64,000 nt of DNA from Podarcis pityusensis (Eukaryota): assembly GCA_964106645.2 (NCBI GenBank), contig OZ067047.1, one strand, 5' to 3'. The position numbers and the translations under genes are program-made. The notes under the pieces were generated by a model. That model did not search any database and had not been told where the DNA came from. It saw only the letters and a program-made list of their open reading frames with translations. Shown here piece by piece: positions 38,165 through 49,906 of this stretch; the stretch's first letter is position 1; every line of letters begins with the position of its first letter.

Positions 38165-38662
38165 CTGCTATAGGGATCCCTCCTAGACCTGTGCTGTGCT
38201 GTGGTGGGAGGTTTAAGTCCAAGAAATTACTATTTGAAGGTGGGTTTGCTGTGTGGTTCAAGTGCATGATGTTATTGCGTGGGAAGGCCATCCAAGGATA
38301 GCGAGCGGCTTGGCCTGGAAAATTGAAGGAGTTGTAAACTGCTCGATGCTGTTGAAATTGCGGGAACCTCTGTGGCAAGACTGAAAATGTGCTATTGAGA
38401 GAGTTGGCATTTGCGGGCGCAGCAGGATGCAGAAATCCAGAGCCTGACCCTTTGGCGGTTGTAGTGTGTGGGGAAGGGTTCTGGAGAGACGTGGGCGAGA
38501 GGGAGGGTTGGTCTTGGACCGACAGTTCCTTCTCGATCAGGTCTGCTAAGGCTTTGCGGGTGATATCAAAGGGATCAAACCCCAAGTCATCTTCTTGCTG
38601 TTTGGAAGAACCAAATCCAAACGCCGCTTGCCAGTCTGTAGACGAGGATACTGGGATGGTTT
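38165..38662 (-). CDS. CNOT4: CNOT4 coding exon containing the CAF40/CNOT9-binding motif
   Basis: cccacag|AA ACC ATC...GCA G|gtaagt; TIPVSSSTDWQAAFGFG...DDLGFDPFDITRKALADLIEKEL...GIPIA; 498 nt, phase 1-1. Confidence 0.98.
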
Positions 38663-39666
38663 CTGTGGGATTTAAAACAGGTTATTAACGACAAACTTGC
38701 ATTTTCCCCAGCTTAATATGAGTCAAAATACTGACAGATTTCCCTTTCCAATAATTGGTTATTCTCATTCCTGTGGCAGTTTTCCCCAGCCTGGTACCCT
38801 CCAGATGTTTTGGATTATAATTCCCATTGGTCCTGGGAGTTGTAGTCCAAAATATCTGGAGAGTAACAGGTTGGGGAATCCTATTCCAGGGGCAACTGGT
38901 TTTTAGATTAAAGCTCACAATACCCTTTATGTTCTAGTGGTGTACAGTTACCAAGAAAGCAACTTTCTTTATCTTTGCATTTTTCTTCCCTATAGTTCTA
39001 AACTGATCCTCTACTTGGGAATTTCACATTTCTGTCTCAGATGAAAAGCTGCTCCCGAAGGTAACAAGCCCCTTCAGAAAGCTGAGGTGGAGGCTGTGTG
39101 GGCCTACTAGGGAAGTTGCTGAAAAATCTGGCAGAAGCACCTCATGGTTTTCAAGATCCAACCCTATGAATTTCCCATCCACCTTCTGCAACACATTACA
39201 GTAGCACTTCTTCGTCTTTTAAATGTAAGAAACCACTCTTTCCACTGCATATATTCCTTGCTAGAGGCTAGATAATTCTAGAGATGTCTACATGAAGGAA
39301 CTTGATTGAGAAGAACTGTTCAGTTACTAATTAAAATGTCTCACCGCTTGCAATTTTAAGCAAAATGTTCTTATTGGTCTGACTGCTCATTAGCATCAAT
39401 GACCATATGCATACAAGCACAAAATATGATTTATGTAAGGTTTTATTTATTTATTTTGAATCTTTATTTTGAATCTACATTTCCACGATCTATGAAAAAA
39501 GTAAAGCACTTTACAAAATAATAATTGTGACATTTTCACAAGTTCTTTAAACTGGAGCAGTACTGAGCAGCACTGTCAAGTTCATGCTAAACTGTAAGTA
39601 AATGTAAGCACCTGAAGATATTATTTCAAGCTATTGTGTGCATGGGTTGTCTAACTAATACTATAC

Positions 39667-39916
39667 CTGATGTGAAGAGGCTCTGTGGCTCTGGTGCCAT
39701 CGGCCAGTCATTTGAAGTCTGTGGGGAGCTGGGAAATGGAGGGAGTCCACTTGGAATAGGGTTGGGGTGCCGGAAGTTGTCCGAGAAGAGAGACTGTGAC
39801 TCTGTTATAGCCCCTTCAAAGGGAGACCGTGCACTGTGATTGGATGAACTGATGGGGATGACTGAATTGGATTTTGATAAGCCGGGTGGTGGTGAAGGTG
39901 TGTCACTATTTGATAT
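39667..39916 (-). CDS. CNOT4: CNOT4 coding exon (Ser/Pro-rich region)
   Basis: ttttag|ATA TCA AAT...TCA G|gtatag; ISNSDTPSPPPGLSK...PQSLFTS; 250 nt, phase 0-1. Confidence 0.97.
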
Positions 39917-40167
39917 CTAAAAAGAAAAAGCAAACAGTTTTACAATTGTATAGTAAAAAACAGTTTCTTCTTTTAACAACCATTTGGTCATTTCCAAATA
40001 ACATGTGTTTTTACAGCTAGTATAAAGTTTTAATCAAGCAACCATCTTATGCAGCTGATAGGCAGGAAGGTATATTTAAGATTATGGCAAATAAATATTT
40101 CAACACACAATATAGTCCTTTGCAAATATAAGGGTATGCAGTTGGCAAGAGTTAAGAAGATGCTTAC

Positions 40168-40225
40168 CTGCTGCGAGTTATCACAGTTTCCTATACTGAG
40201 AGAATCTGAAGGTTTGTCGATAGTG
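40168..40225 (-). CDS. CNOT4: CNOT4 coding exon (58 nt)
   Basis: tctctctag|C ACT ATC GAC...CAG|gtaagc; TIDKPSDSLSIGNCDNSQQ; phase 2-0. Confidence 0.95.
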
Positions 40226-41329
40226 CTAGAGAGAAAGAAAAACTATTAGGCAAATGTAAAAGACACAGCCTGATGGCCTGAAACTGTAGGAATTAATTTA
40301 AAAAATATTTTTAGAAAACCTAGTTCACGGAGATAACTGACAGCATGCTGATTAGCTCCATCTTGCACATTCTGCTTGTTCATTGTTACTCAGTGTAACC
40401 TCACAGCAATCAAAGTTTGTCTATTGCCCCTACTATCAGCCCCCGACATTAAACTGGTGTCCATGAAGCAGGCACCATATCTATTTATAAGAGCTTTGTG
40501 CTCAACTTGAGATTGATGGAACCCAGAGGACTCCCCAATTTAGATTTCAGTACACTGAGTTGTAAAGAGAGGAGAGACATGAAAGAAAGAGAAGAGGCAA
40601 AAGGAATAAAGGTAAAATAGAAAGTGAATGAACCAATAAAACTATTCACCACAGCAGAAAAGCTCACTTCTCCTTTGTGCTGCTTCAGTTTCAAGACAAT
40701 AGGAATGCTGTCACAACCTCCCACTTAACAGGAGACAAAACTGAAGCTCCAGCCGCTCATGCATCCACTCACCCAAAATCAGAACAGCAGAGCAACAGGA
40801 AGAGCCAGGAAAGGACAAGAAAAAACTTGGAATAAGATCAGCAATTACAAAAACCATGAAAAGAATGAGTTGAGGAAGGAATGGTGACAGCAGGACAAGG
40901 AGAGATACCAGATCAGGTGCTGTCAAAAGCTAAGTGAGCGAAGGGGATGAGGCCAGGCATGCATGATGGAAGGTGCACTGGCTGGGTTCAGACTGCAAAT
41001 GTATGCTAGCACAACCTGCAGTATTAAGTAAGGCTAACATTTGAGACACTAGAAGAAACCAAGATGCTAGAAAATGAATTGGCTGATATGGCAGTTCAAC
41101 TGGAAAATAATATACTGTCTCCATCTTGTTGACAAACTCAGCAGCTGTTGCTGTAAGCCACTGGACATCAACTGATGGACAAATGCAAATATTCAGAAAA
41201 TATCTGCCTGCTATGTAACTTTAAGACTGAAAGCGTCTCACAGCCAATGACCAAAGCATCTGGGTTACACAAGTGAGCTTCCTCAGTGGTTCAAATGTGA
41301 AATTGCTGATCTTCTAATATAAATATGTA

Positions 41330-42060
41330 ATTTGCCCCTAAAATCAGCCTCCATACTAGAGGACTGGAAACTGTTCAATGTAGCTAGCATCTATTGTTTA
41401 AAAAGAATCCAGCTAGGACTTGGAACATTATAGGCAGCTTAACTTAACATTAATCTAGTAAAACTGGTGGGCAGAATTATTAAAAATTGAATTACCAAAC
41501 ATGCAGAAGAGCAAGTCAGGCTGAAGCAAAAGCAGCATGGCTTCCACAAGAGTATGTCCTGTCTCACCAACCCATTAAAGTTCTTTGAGGGTGTCAACAA
41601 GCATGTAAGCAGAGGTATCCAAGTTGACATTGCATACTTGAGACTCTCAAAAAGCTTTTGATAAATTCTCTCACCAAAAGAACCTAGAACAAGTTTAGCA
41701 GTCATAGGAAAAGAAGACAGGTCATCTTATGGATGAGCAACTGGTTAAGTAACAGAAAGCAGGAATAAATAGACGGTTCTTCCTCTATAGGGAATGCAAA
41801 AATCAGTACTGTAACCAGTGCTTTTTAACTTGTTCAAAAATGACCTGGAGTTAGGGGCAAGTACAGAAGTGACCTGGTTTGCTGATGACACTAAGTTGTT
41901 CAGAGTATTAAAAACAAAGAAATTGCAAGTGATGCATAGTGGAGCAAAAACCCCTAAATTTACATATACACTCATGGGGTCCAAACTGGTTGTGACTGAT
42001 CAGGAAGGAGATCTTGGGGTCAAACTGGATAGCTCAATTAAGATGTCAACCAAGTGAGCA
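41330..42060 (+). mobile_element. Degenerate CR1-type LINE ORF2 (RT) fragment
   Basis: QHGF..., VDIAYL, LFNLFKNDL...FADDTKL and DLGV..DS RT motifs spread over shifted frames; borders approximate. Confidence 0.85.
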
Positions 42061-42451
42061 TCTATTAAAATAGTCATAAATAAAACAATAAATATATTTT
42101 CTTTTTCTGCATTAAACATAAAAATTTCAAACACCCTAAAACGTAAGATTGTTAAGCAAAGACATTTGAATAAATTACAATATTTGACAAAACAAGACCA
42201 ATTTCCTTTCCTTTTTTCTCAAACATGTTAGTTTTGCCACAAATGCATATTCCCACACTTGATCTATCCAATCTCCTGCATATGGTATACTTTGCAGCCT
42301 CCAGTACTTTGTGTAAAGTGCTCTGACTGCAGACACCATAATTCCTTATGCAACTAAATGACAAAGTAATCCTAACAGTTTAAAAGGTAACAAAGAAAAA
42401 AGAAAAAAATCCTTCCAGTAGCACCTTTAAGACCAACTAAGTTAGTTCTTG

Positions 42452-42489
42452 GTATGAGCTTTCGTGTGCAAGCACACTTCTTCAGATAC
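42452..42489 (-). ncRNA. Second identical minimal hammerhead ribozyme (inverted copy; sense to the CNOT4 pre-mRNA)
   Basis: Exact reverse complement of 43482-43519. Confidence 0.75.
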
Positions 42490-42656
42490 ACTGAAACAGA
42501 AGTTGCCAGATCCTTCTATATAGTGAGAAGGTGGGGAGGGGTATTACTCAGAAGGGTGGTGGGAATGGGAGATTGGCAGATAGCTGAGATGAGCCTGCTG
42601 ACGACTCTTAACGACTGTAATAGGTCTTACAATAATTTCTTTGTTTACAGAAATTA

Positions 42657-43301
42657 TTGAACAGAACACCTCTAGTCATCACATACAGCTCCCAAGTTAA
42701 AACAGTACAACGCATCATCAGAGATCTACAACCTCTCCTGGACAATGACAGTTCTCTTTCTCAAGCTCTGGGAGGAAGACCTTTCATTGCCTACAGACAG
42801 CCACCCAATCTTAAACAACTCCTAACCCACAATAATACTACAACCAGACCTAACACGGACACTGGCACCAGAGCCTGCAATAAACCCAGGTGCCAACTTT
42901 GCTGTCACATACACCCGGACAACACCATTACTGGCCCCAACAACATCACACATACCATCTCGGGACTGTTTAATTGCTCATCGTCTAACATTGTGTATGC
43001 CATCAAATGCCAACAGTGTCCTTCAGCTCTCTATATTGGACAAACAGGCCAAACCTTACGCCAAAGAATAAACGGACACAAATCTGACATCAAGAATCAC
43101 AAGACAGAGAAACCAGTAGGAGAACACTTCAATCTCCCAGGACATTCTATACAAGATCTCAAAGTAGCTGTTTTACTACAAAGGAATTTCAGAAATAGAC
43201 TGGAAAGAGAAGCTGCTGAATTACAACTCATTACCAAACTTAAAACCATGGAGAGACCTGGCCTGAACAAAGACATTGGATTCTTATATCATTATACATG
43301 A
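42657..43301 (+). CDS. Penelope-like element ORF fragment: Cys-rich linker plus GIY-YIG endonuclease (no RT core)
   Basis: CNKPRCQLCCH linker, NIVYAIKC..C, LYIGQTGQTLRQRINGH, VGEHF, REAAE, GLN motifs; 214 codons without a stop; lacks a true ATG start. Confidence 0.88.
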   Translation: MNRTPLVITYSSQVKTVQRIIRDLQPLLDNDSSLSQALGGRPFIAYRQPPNLKQLLTHNNTTTRPNTDTGTRACNKPRCQLCCHIHPDNTITGPNNITHTISGLFNCSSSNIVYAIKCQQCPSALYIGQTGQTLRQRINGHKSDIKNHKTEKPVGEHFNLPGHSIQDLKVAVLLQRNFRNRLEREAAELQLITKLKTMERPGLNKDIGFLYHYT

Positions 43302-43481
43302 CAAAGCCATTTCTCACCTTCTCACCCCTTGCTTTTTCCTGTAAGACCTATTGCAGTCGTTAAGAGTCGTCAACAGGCTCATCTCAGCTATCTGCCAATC
43401 ACCCATTCCCACCACCCTTCTGAGTAATACCCCTCCCCACCTTCTCACTATATAGAAGGGTCTGGCAACTTCTGTTTCAGT

Positions 43482-43519
43482 GTATCTGAAGAAGTGTGCT
43501 TGCACACGAAAGCTCATAC
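43482..43519 (+). ncRNA. Minimal hammerhead ribozyme in the Penelope pseudo-LTR
   Basis: GUAU-CUGAAGA-A-GUGUG(CUUG)CACAC-GAAA-GCU-C-AUAC: stem I, CUGANGA core, stem II, GAAA, palindromic AGCU stem III, UC cleavage site. Confidence 0.75.
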
Positions 43520-45094
43520 CAAGAACTAACTTAGTTGGTCTTTAAGGTGCTACTGGAAGGAATTTTTTTGTTTTGACTATGGCAGACCAACACGGCTACC
43601 TATCTGTAACTGGAATAATTTCTTTGTAATTCTTCTTACAAAGAAAAAAGAGGGAGCGTCAAGCAGGCAAGTAAATCATTTGCTGATTTTATCTCAGCCA
43701 TTGAGTGTAAATGAGCAGAATCACTTCCTGCTTTTAAGATTGATACTTGTGAGGTGTGACCCTGAATTTAGTGATCTATTCAAAGCTATACTGGTCATTC
43801 CCAAACTCTTCTTACAATAAAGTCTAATTCTAAGGACATAGACATATGTCTGTTTTCACGTGTCTGTGGATGATATAGGACTGGATAACCAAGACTATAT
43901 ACAGTCTCATCTGAATCAATTACAGAAGCAGGAAGTCAACACAAGAAAGTATTCTAAAAAGAATTTATGTTTGTTAAGTCATACAAACTCAAAAATCAAA
44001 CGACCACTATACTCCAGCTATAGCCTACATTTTAGAGGTTTTGGCAGAACACGACTCTTTCAATATCTGTTGAATTATCTTAAGTACACAGGCAAAGAGG
44101 GAAACATATAAATGTGTGTATTACATTGTTTCAGCCCACTTAACACTATATATATTTTTAAGCAAAGCACGGAGTAAAACTAGGTGAAATGGGTTGTTTT
44201 TTCTTTGTGTAAAATTATTTAACACTCATAATGAACTGAAACTTTTAAATTAATTATTCAAACACAAAACTTAATTTTTTCTTAATTCTTTTCTCATTAT
44301 TAGAAATATTGCAGTCTTTCAGTTCTGCGGCCAGAAACACAGCTGTTTCATAGAAGTTGCCAGATGTTCAAAACCCCTTTACAAATAAATAGGCTTGAAA
44401 TCCTGTTAAGTCTGTGATAGCATGCCTCTGAAAATCTTGATATCTGGATTAGACCTATGATCCACTTAGAGGAAGTGCTGAATATGGTTTCAAAAGTCCC
44501 AAATCAGCCCATTTTAGGCATAAGACTAGCCACAGGCGAAGGCTGGAACCAAAAGTTTCTTAAGGTAAGCGTAAAAAGCTCTTCCACTCACGGAGGAAAG
44601 GTTGCCAATTTTTTATTTCAACTGTAGTCCTTTTGTACCATGTTAAATCTTGCTCTGAAATGTTTTCTAACCTTCAGGAGTGGTTGTGGGATGGTGGAGG
44701 AGGAAGATGAGACAGTAGTGGGGAAAGACGAAAAAGTCCTATTCATTGTGTGGACTTTTGGATCCTGGTCAGCTGAACCAGTACTACAGATGTGTAGAAC
44801 ATTTTCAGATCATTTTTTCAGGCTCATAACTAAACAAGAGCCTAAGAGATGCTTAGCTTCATATAAAGCATTACTACAACATTTCAATAGTGCTATGGTA
44901 ATCCACAATGGAATATCTAAAGCAGATCACTTTCTTCTCAGCAGGACAGCTTCAAAATTAGGTAATGGGATGTTTTTCTAAATAGGAAAGCTCTTCTATT
45001 GACATTCTACTTCCAAAAGTGTTGATGTCTGCAATGATTTCTAGTGATGAAGTCTGAAATATTAGGTCAATGTTAGAGCAAGAATACAAGGTAT

Positions 45095-45180
45095 TCAGTG
45101 AGTTACCCTATTTCCTAATAATCTTCTTAGGCCCAGCTCAGTGAGTTACCCTATTTCCTAGTAAGCTTCTTAGGCCCAGC
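45095..45180. repeat. Tandem duplication, 43 bp x2
   Basis: tcagtgagttaccctatttcctaataatcttcttaggcccagc repeated with 2 mismatches. Confidence 0.9.
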
Positions 45181-46005
45181 TCATACATTACTGGTGCAAC
45201 ATGGAAGTAACTTCCTGTGTTCTGGTGCCTCATTAACACTAGAACAAGAAACAATGGAGTCAGGCAACTTATATGGCCACTTTCTCCCACCTCAACCTAT
45301 TACAGGTGGGAAACTAGAGCCTAAGAAAGCAGTTTCCACACTGCAACAGTACACATCAGTATTCCCAATTCAAAAGAATAATATGCTGTGCAACTGTGCT
45401 ATACAACTTGCATTTTGAATCCAACTTGATAAAAGCCCCACAATGATGCTTATGATGCAAGGGACATATTGCAATATTAAACACAAATTCAAGTAGTCTT
45501 AGTAGTCTAAAGGGAGGGAAAAGCTGATGGATCTCAATCCAGTGCCATACTTGCTTAACAAAATGCCTGGGTGAAGAGTGTAATGTACTTCGATCTGCCA
45601 ACTGAGATCAGAGTATTCAAGACAATTAACTAAATGACTCTTACCTAAAAGATGAGAGTTCCTACTAAGCAACTTTTTCTCTTAAAGAACATTAAAAATT
45701 GTTTGCTGAAGTGAGGTACGTGGTTTGCTAGAACACAGACGCAGAAGGAAACTTGTTTCAAAATGCCTTGCCTTTTCCACAACCCTTACCTTTAAAAATC
45801 ATCTTCTGGCCTAGACACAGACTTCTCCTGAACAAACTGCCCATTGCAAAATAATGTGCAGTCCCCCCACCTAGGCATCACCTAGTGGTTCAGGCCAACC
45901 ATTTTAACTTGAATCCAGCTCTCTTGACAGAGGCTAGAGAATCATCCCTCCACATCAGTGAGAGAGAAAGAAAGCTAACTAAAGTATAAAAGGCAGCACA
46001 ATTAC

Positions 46006-46161
46006 CCGAAATCTGAATCTGGACCATCTGGAGTCATGTGTTCTGAGTCTGTGCCATTTTCTAAAATAGGAGGCGTTTTCCTGTGTTCCATAGTTAAGCC
46101 GTTGACTGATTTACTTGAACTCTGTAATGATGGCCAGGCATCTTTGTTATTACTGTTGGGT
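46006..46161 (-). CDS. CNOT4: CNOT4 extra (probably cassette) exon, 156 nt
   Basis: ctctttccag|A CCC AAC...TTC GG|gtaatt; phase 2-2, open frame PNSNNKDAWPSLQSSSKSVNGLTMEHRKTPPILENGTDSEHMTPDGPDSDF. Confidence 0.85.
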
Positions 46162-49055
46162 CTGGAAAGAGGTGAAAGTAAAAGAGAGTTCAAGTTATGT
46201 AGAAAATCTTAATAGTGAAACACTGGGAAAATTATTCCTCATGCCATATACTGTGCAGAGGAATATGGGTCTTCAACAGAAAAGTTAGTGTCTGCTATTA
46301 AGACTGTAGAAAGAAACTGTTTTCTTGCACCAGGCAGGCTGTTTACACTTATAGTTGTTGTTTTTTAATTAGGTGAATCCCACCAAGACATGTGGTCCTT
46401 AAACTGTTCTTTCATCCCAACATTCTCCAGTTTTATGAGTAATCTTACCCCTACCCTTCATATGCTATATCCATGCTTTGTCCTTGAGGATTTTCCCCAT
46501 CTGACTGGCATTATACACTTCTGAAATATCACTGTACCAGTTATAAGTTCTAAGTTACCCAATTTGTCTCGTTTCAAGTATTTATTCCCAAAGTTTCAAA
46601 ACTCAGGCTAATATAAGCATTGATCACTAAATAAGGTTCTTTTGGTGTGTAAAGTTATTTGAGAGGATGAATAAAGGTAAACTGAAGCAGGGAATCACAT
46701 CTTTAAACAGACATTCCCTGATGGGTTTTGTATGTATATGCAAATAAATATTAATATTTATCATCAACATAATTATAAATGTTTCTTTCTCCTAATTAGT
46801 CCTTTAGTTTCACCCTATTTTTGAAATCACCATCCCAGCAAGGAATGAAGGATATTTAGAACTGTAACTTATAATGATTGTTTAGAGACCTGTGCTCTTT
46901 TCAAAATGTGTATCTTGTCTTGCCATTCATTCCTCATAAATTTATGAGTTCTCAAAATGAATGTGGAACAACACACCCTGCTTTTTAAAACCAAGCGTCA
47001 CTGATCTAACTAACAAAAATTGATTGCATTTTCAATTTTTATATTGATTCCTCATCTTTCCATGCATTTCTGGATTGGTTCCATAAAGCAGACACTACAA
47101 GAAGGTAAATATGGCACCGTCAGTTCCATTTATCAAGTTGAAAATTAGTCTGCCATGTAATTCTTATCTGCTTGCCTACCGTGTTCTAAAGTTTACACCC
47201 ACATAGAAGTTTCTTGTCTACATCTCTTCCAGATTTGAATGCCGGTAACTGATGAGTGAACTCACAAACTGGCTATTTCTCTGTCAGCATTTCAAGTTAC
47301 TGCCCACAAGGACTGTATGAAATCAGAAAGCAGTGGGAATCACAGCCTTTTCTCTGGACCAATGGAAGTTAAGTTTGAGCAGAAAAAATAAAAATAAAGA
47401 AATCATGAAAGAAAATCTTCATGAAGTATACAGCAGATGCATTTTCTGTTTTGAATGCAGAACCAACTTATTTGCCACTTAGATGACACTTGTTTCAGGA
47501 ACAAAGCTGAACTCTATGATTAAGTACTTAGATGTACAGTAAAGAGTGGCAAAAAACATCAAAACAGATGACAAGAGGATAGCAAGAACCTAACTTTTTT
47601 TCAGTTTCTTCAGCTTTCAAGCTTACTGGGATCTTATAAAATAAATCACTGGAGATGTAAGACTGCTGAGACAGCACAGACAATTCAGAATGAACCAGTA
47701 GGAAGTAAGCTTATTTCTACTTTGTTTTATGGTCCAGATAGAATGGTCATGCATACCCAATCTACCTTGGGCTTTTTTGTAAGAATGGTAATTAAGTTCT
47801 TGAAAAACTCCTACTGCAGAGACTGGACAGAGCCAAATTTATAGCCATTTCTAAAGACATTGTCTTCTTGCTGTTTCTTCTTGCCTTATGATGTGACTCC
47901 ATCAGATCAGACCACACTGTGAGAAAACATGACTTGACTCTTGCATGTTTGGTTTATTTCTTTTGATGCTCTTGAAGAAACGGTATTTCTCTTGCAAAGC
48001 TCACACTAATACAACAGCCAAGAGAGTAAGAAGGTATCATTATCCATATGAGAGGCTTGCACATGACAAAACTGATCTGATGTTCTGCCCAGAGTCAAAG
48101 TATCAACTTTCCTTAATACAAGATTTGTCTTTTCCTTTAAGAGGCAATGCTGATCTGCTAAGATTTGGCACTGGAAAAATTGTTTAGGATCCTGAGCAAG
48201 GTTGCTCTTGAAATCTTATTGGAAAAGGATCCCCAATAAGAGTGCAAATCTAAAGAGTGCAAATTCTTGTTCACCAATCATTTGCCATGGTCACAAAGTT
48301 CAGGTGTTCAGTCACAAATAGATTTTCCCATTCATTTAGGTTTCACTTATTAATACTTCAAGAGGCTAAACCAGAGGTAATAGTAGTCTGACTACCATTC
48401 AAACTCAAGAAGTATCTTGCAAGCACAAACCTTATGTCATATTCTAAATATTAATGGTGTTTCTGCTATTAAGTAATGCAAGCTTTTCCAGAAATAGACA
48501 ACCACTTAAAATTGTTACTTGGAATAGATAGGTGCTAAGTCAAAAAACCCTCAGCAACCTTTCATTAAACAGACATATAAATCTATGTTACCCTGTCAAA
48601 GTCTGCACCCTACATATTAGCAGCCAACATATTGAACCAAAAATCTCAACTAAGTTGCAATGAGTCAGAAGATTTTACACTAACTTTGTCTTTCAGATGA
48701 GTCCTTTGTGGCATTCTCACCTTCTAAAGGCAAGGTGGGCTCACACATTCATAGTAATGTTGTGTTGTATTTAAAATGAGTAAATCTTGTATTTTGTATT
48801 TCCAGTTTAATGACATGTCCTGCTATTTCACACCAAACCATACTATTTTACAATTGTAAATGATGCACTAATGAGAACATCTGCTGAAACAGTTGTTTGA
48901 AAATGGTGCATACATCTATATAATGATACAAAGGAAGTAAGATGTCAAATGTGCTGGCTTAAGCAGTAAGGCAGTGAAGCAGAGTGCTTAGAAAGAGGGG
49001 TAAAGGGGGAGGTTTGATGAAAACTAAAGAGCACACGCAGAGAACCTTTACTTAC

Positions 49056-49189
49056 ACATCATACCTCTGTAGTGAAGTCACTTTGTTCTTGTTCTTGTCG
49101 ACTGCATTTGAAGACAGTTGGAGGAAGTTGGGGTTTAACTTGTATAATTCCTGGAGTAACTTCTGTTCATATTCTTGATGCTTACCAGC
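49056..49189 (-). CDS. CNOT4: CNOT4 coding exon 6, with tandem donors (ends 49065 or 49056)
   Basis: cccag|GCT GGT AAG...; AGKHQEYEQKLLQELYKLNPNF...SLQR(YDV); donors AG|gtatga and GT|gtaagt 9 nt apart, both phase 2. Confidence 0.95.
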
Positions 49190-49906
49190 CTGGGGTAGAA
49201 AAAAAAAAGTTATAAAATAATGCAACTCTGTCAACCTGGTAATTTGCAGTGAAATCTTCTTTACATCAAAATTTCATTTCTCATGTTCAAATAAGAGAAG
49301 CTTGGTTATTTTAAGCTAACCTAGTCCATGTCCCACCAAATCACAAGACTATGACAACTATTTTGGCCTCTTTCGTAAGAATGTAAATTCACTGCTGCGT
49401 AAGGGAGTTTACTGCAAGCTGGTTAAGACCTTTCTAATTTCACTGAAAGGTAACCTCAGAACAATTCATAGTAATGATCACATTTCATAGGTGTACCCCA
49501 CAATGCCCATTTCAGTTTCTTAGGTAACCTGCTCAGAAGGTGCAGAGTGATAAGTTAAAGGAAGGAGAGGGAACTTGGGGGCCACATTTCCCATCATCCC
49601 TGACCACTGTCCATACTTATTGGGGTTGATCTGAGTTCGGAGTTCTGGCCCTTGTTCTGCAGAATAGCATTCCTGTTGAGGTACAACAAGCACCCACTAT
49701 CTGCACTTTAGATAACTATTGCAGACATTTTTGTTCATTTATACAGATGGATAAATGCATCTCTGCGATGAGTTTCTAATTTGTGCTGCTTTCAGTTTTC
49801 TTTTAAATGTAGGGTTTTTTGTTTTTAATTTTTTGCTTTTATTATCCATTGCCTTTAGATGACCATGTAGGAGATTTACTATTATATTATATTTATATAA
49901 TACATA

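Larger units (their letters stand above)
42404..43613 (+). mobile_element. 5'-truncated Penelope-like retroelement with an inverted pseudo-LTR copy at its 5' end
   Basis: GIY-YIG-type endonuclease ORF followed by a ~270-nt terminal segment; 42404-42631 is an inverted near-identical copy of 43340-43568. Confidence 0.92.

Noticed and set aside
40668-40723. 56-nt exon-like segment in a pyrimidine-rich tract (minus strand)
   Set aside because: Weak AAG acceptor and immediate stop; cannot be separated from chance
42454-43517. Two near-identical ~68-aa ORFs (MSFRVQAHFF...) on opposite strands
   Set aside because: They are antisense translations of the Penelope pseudo-LTR inverted repeat, not a duplicated gene
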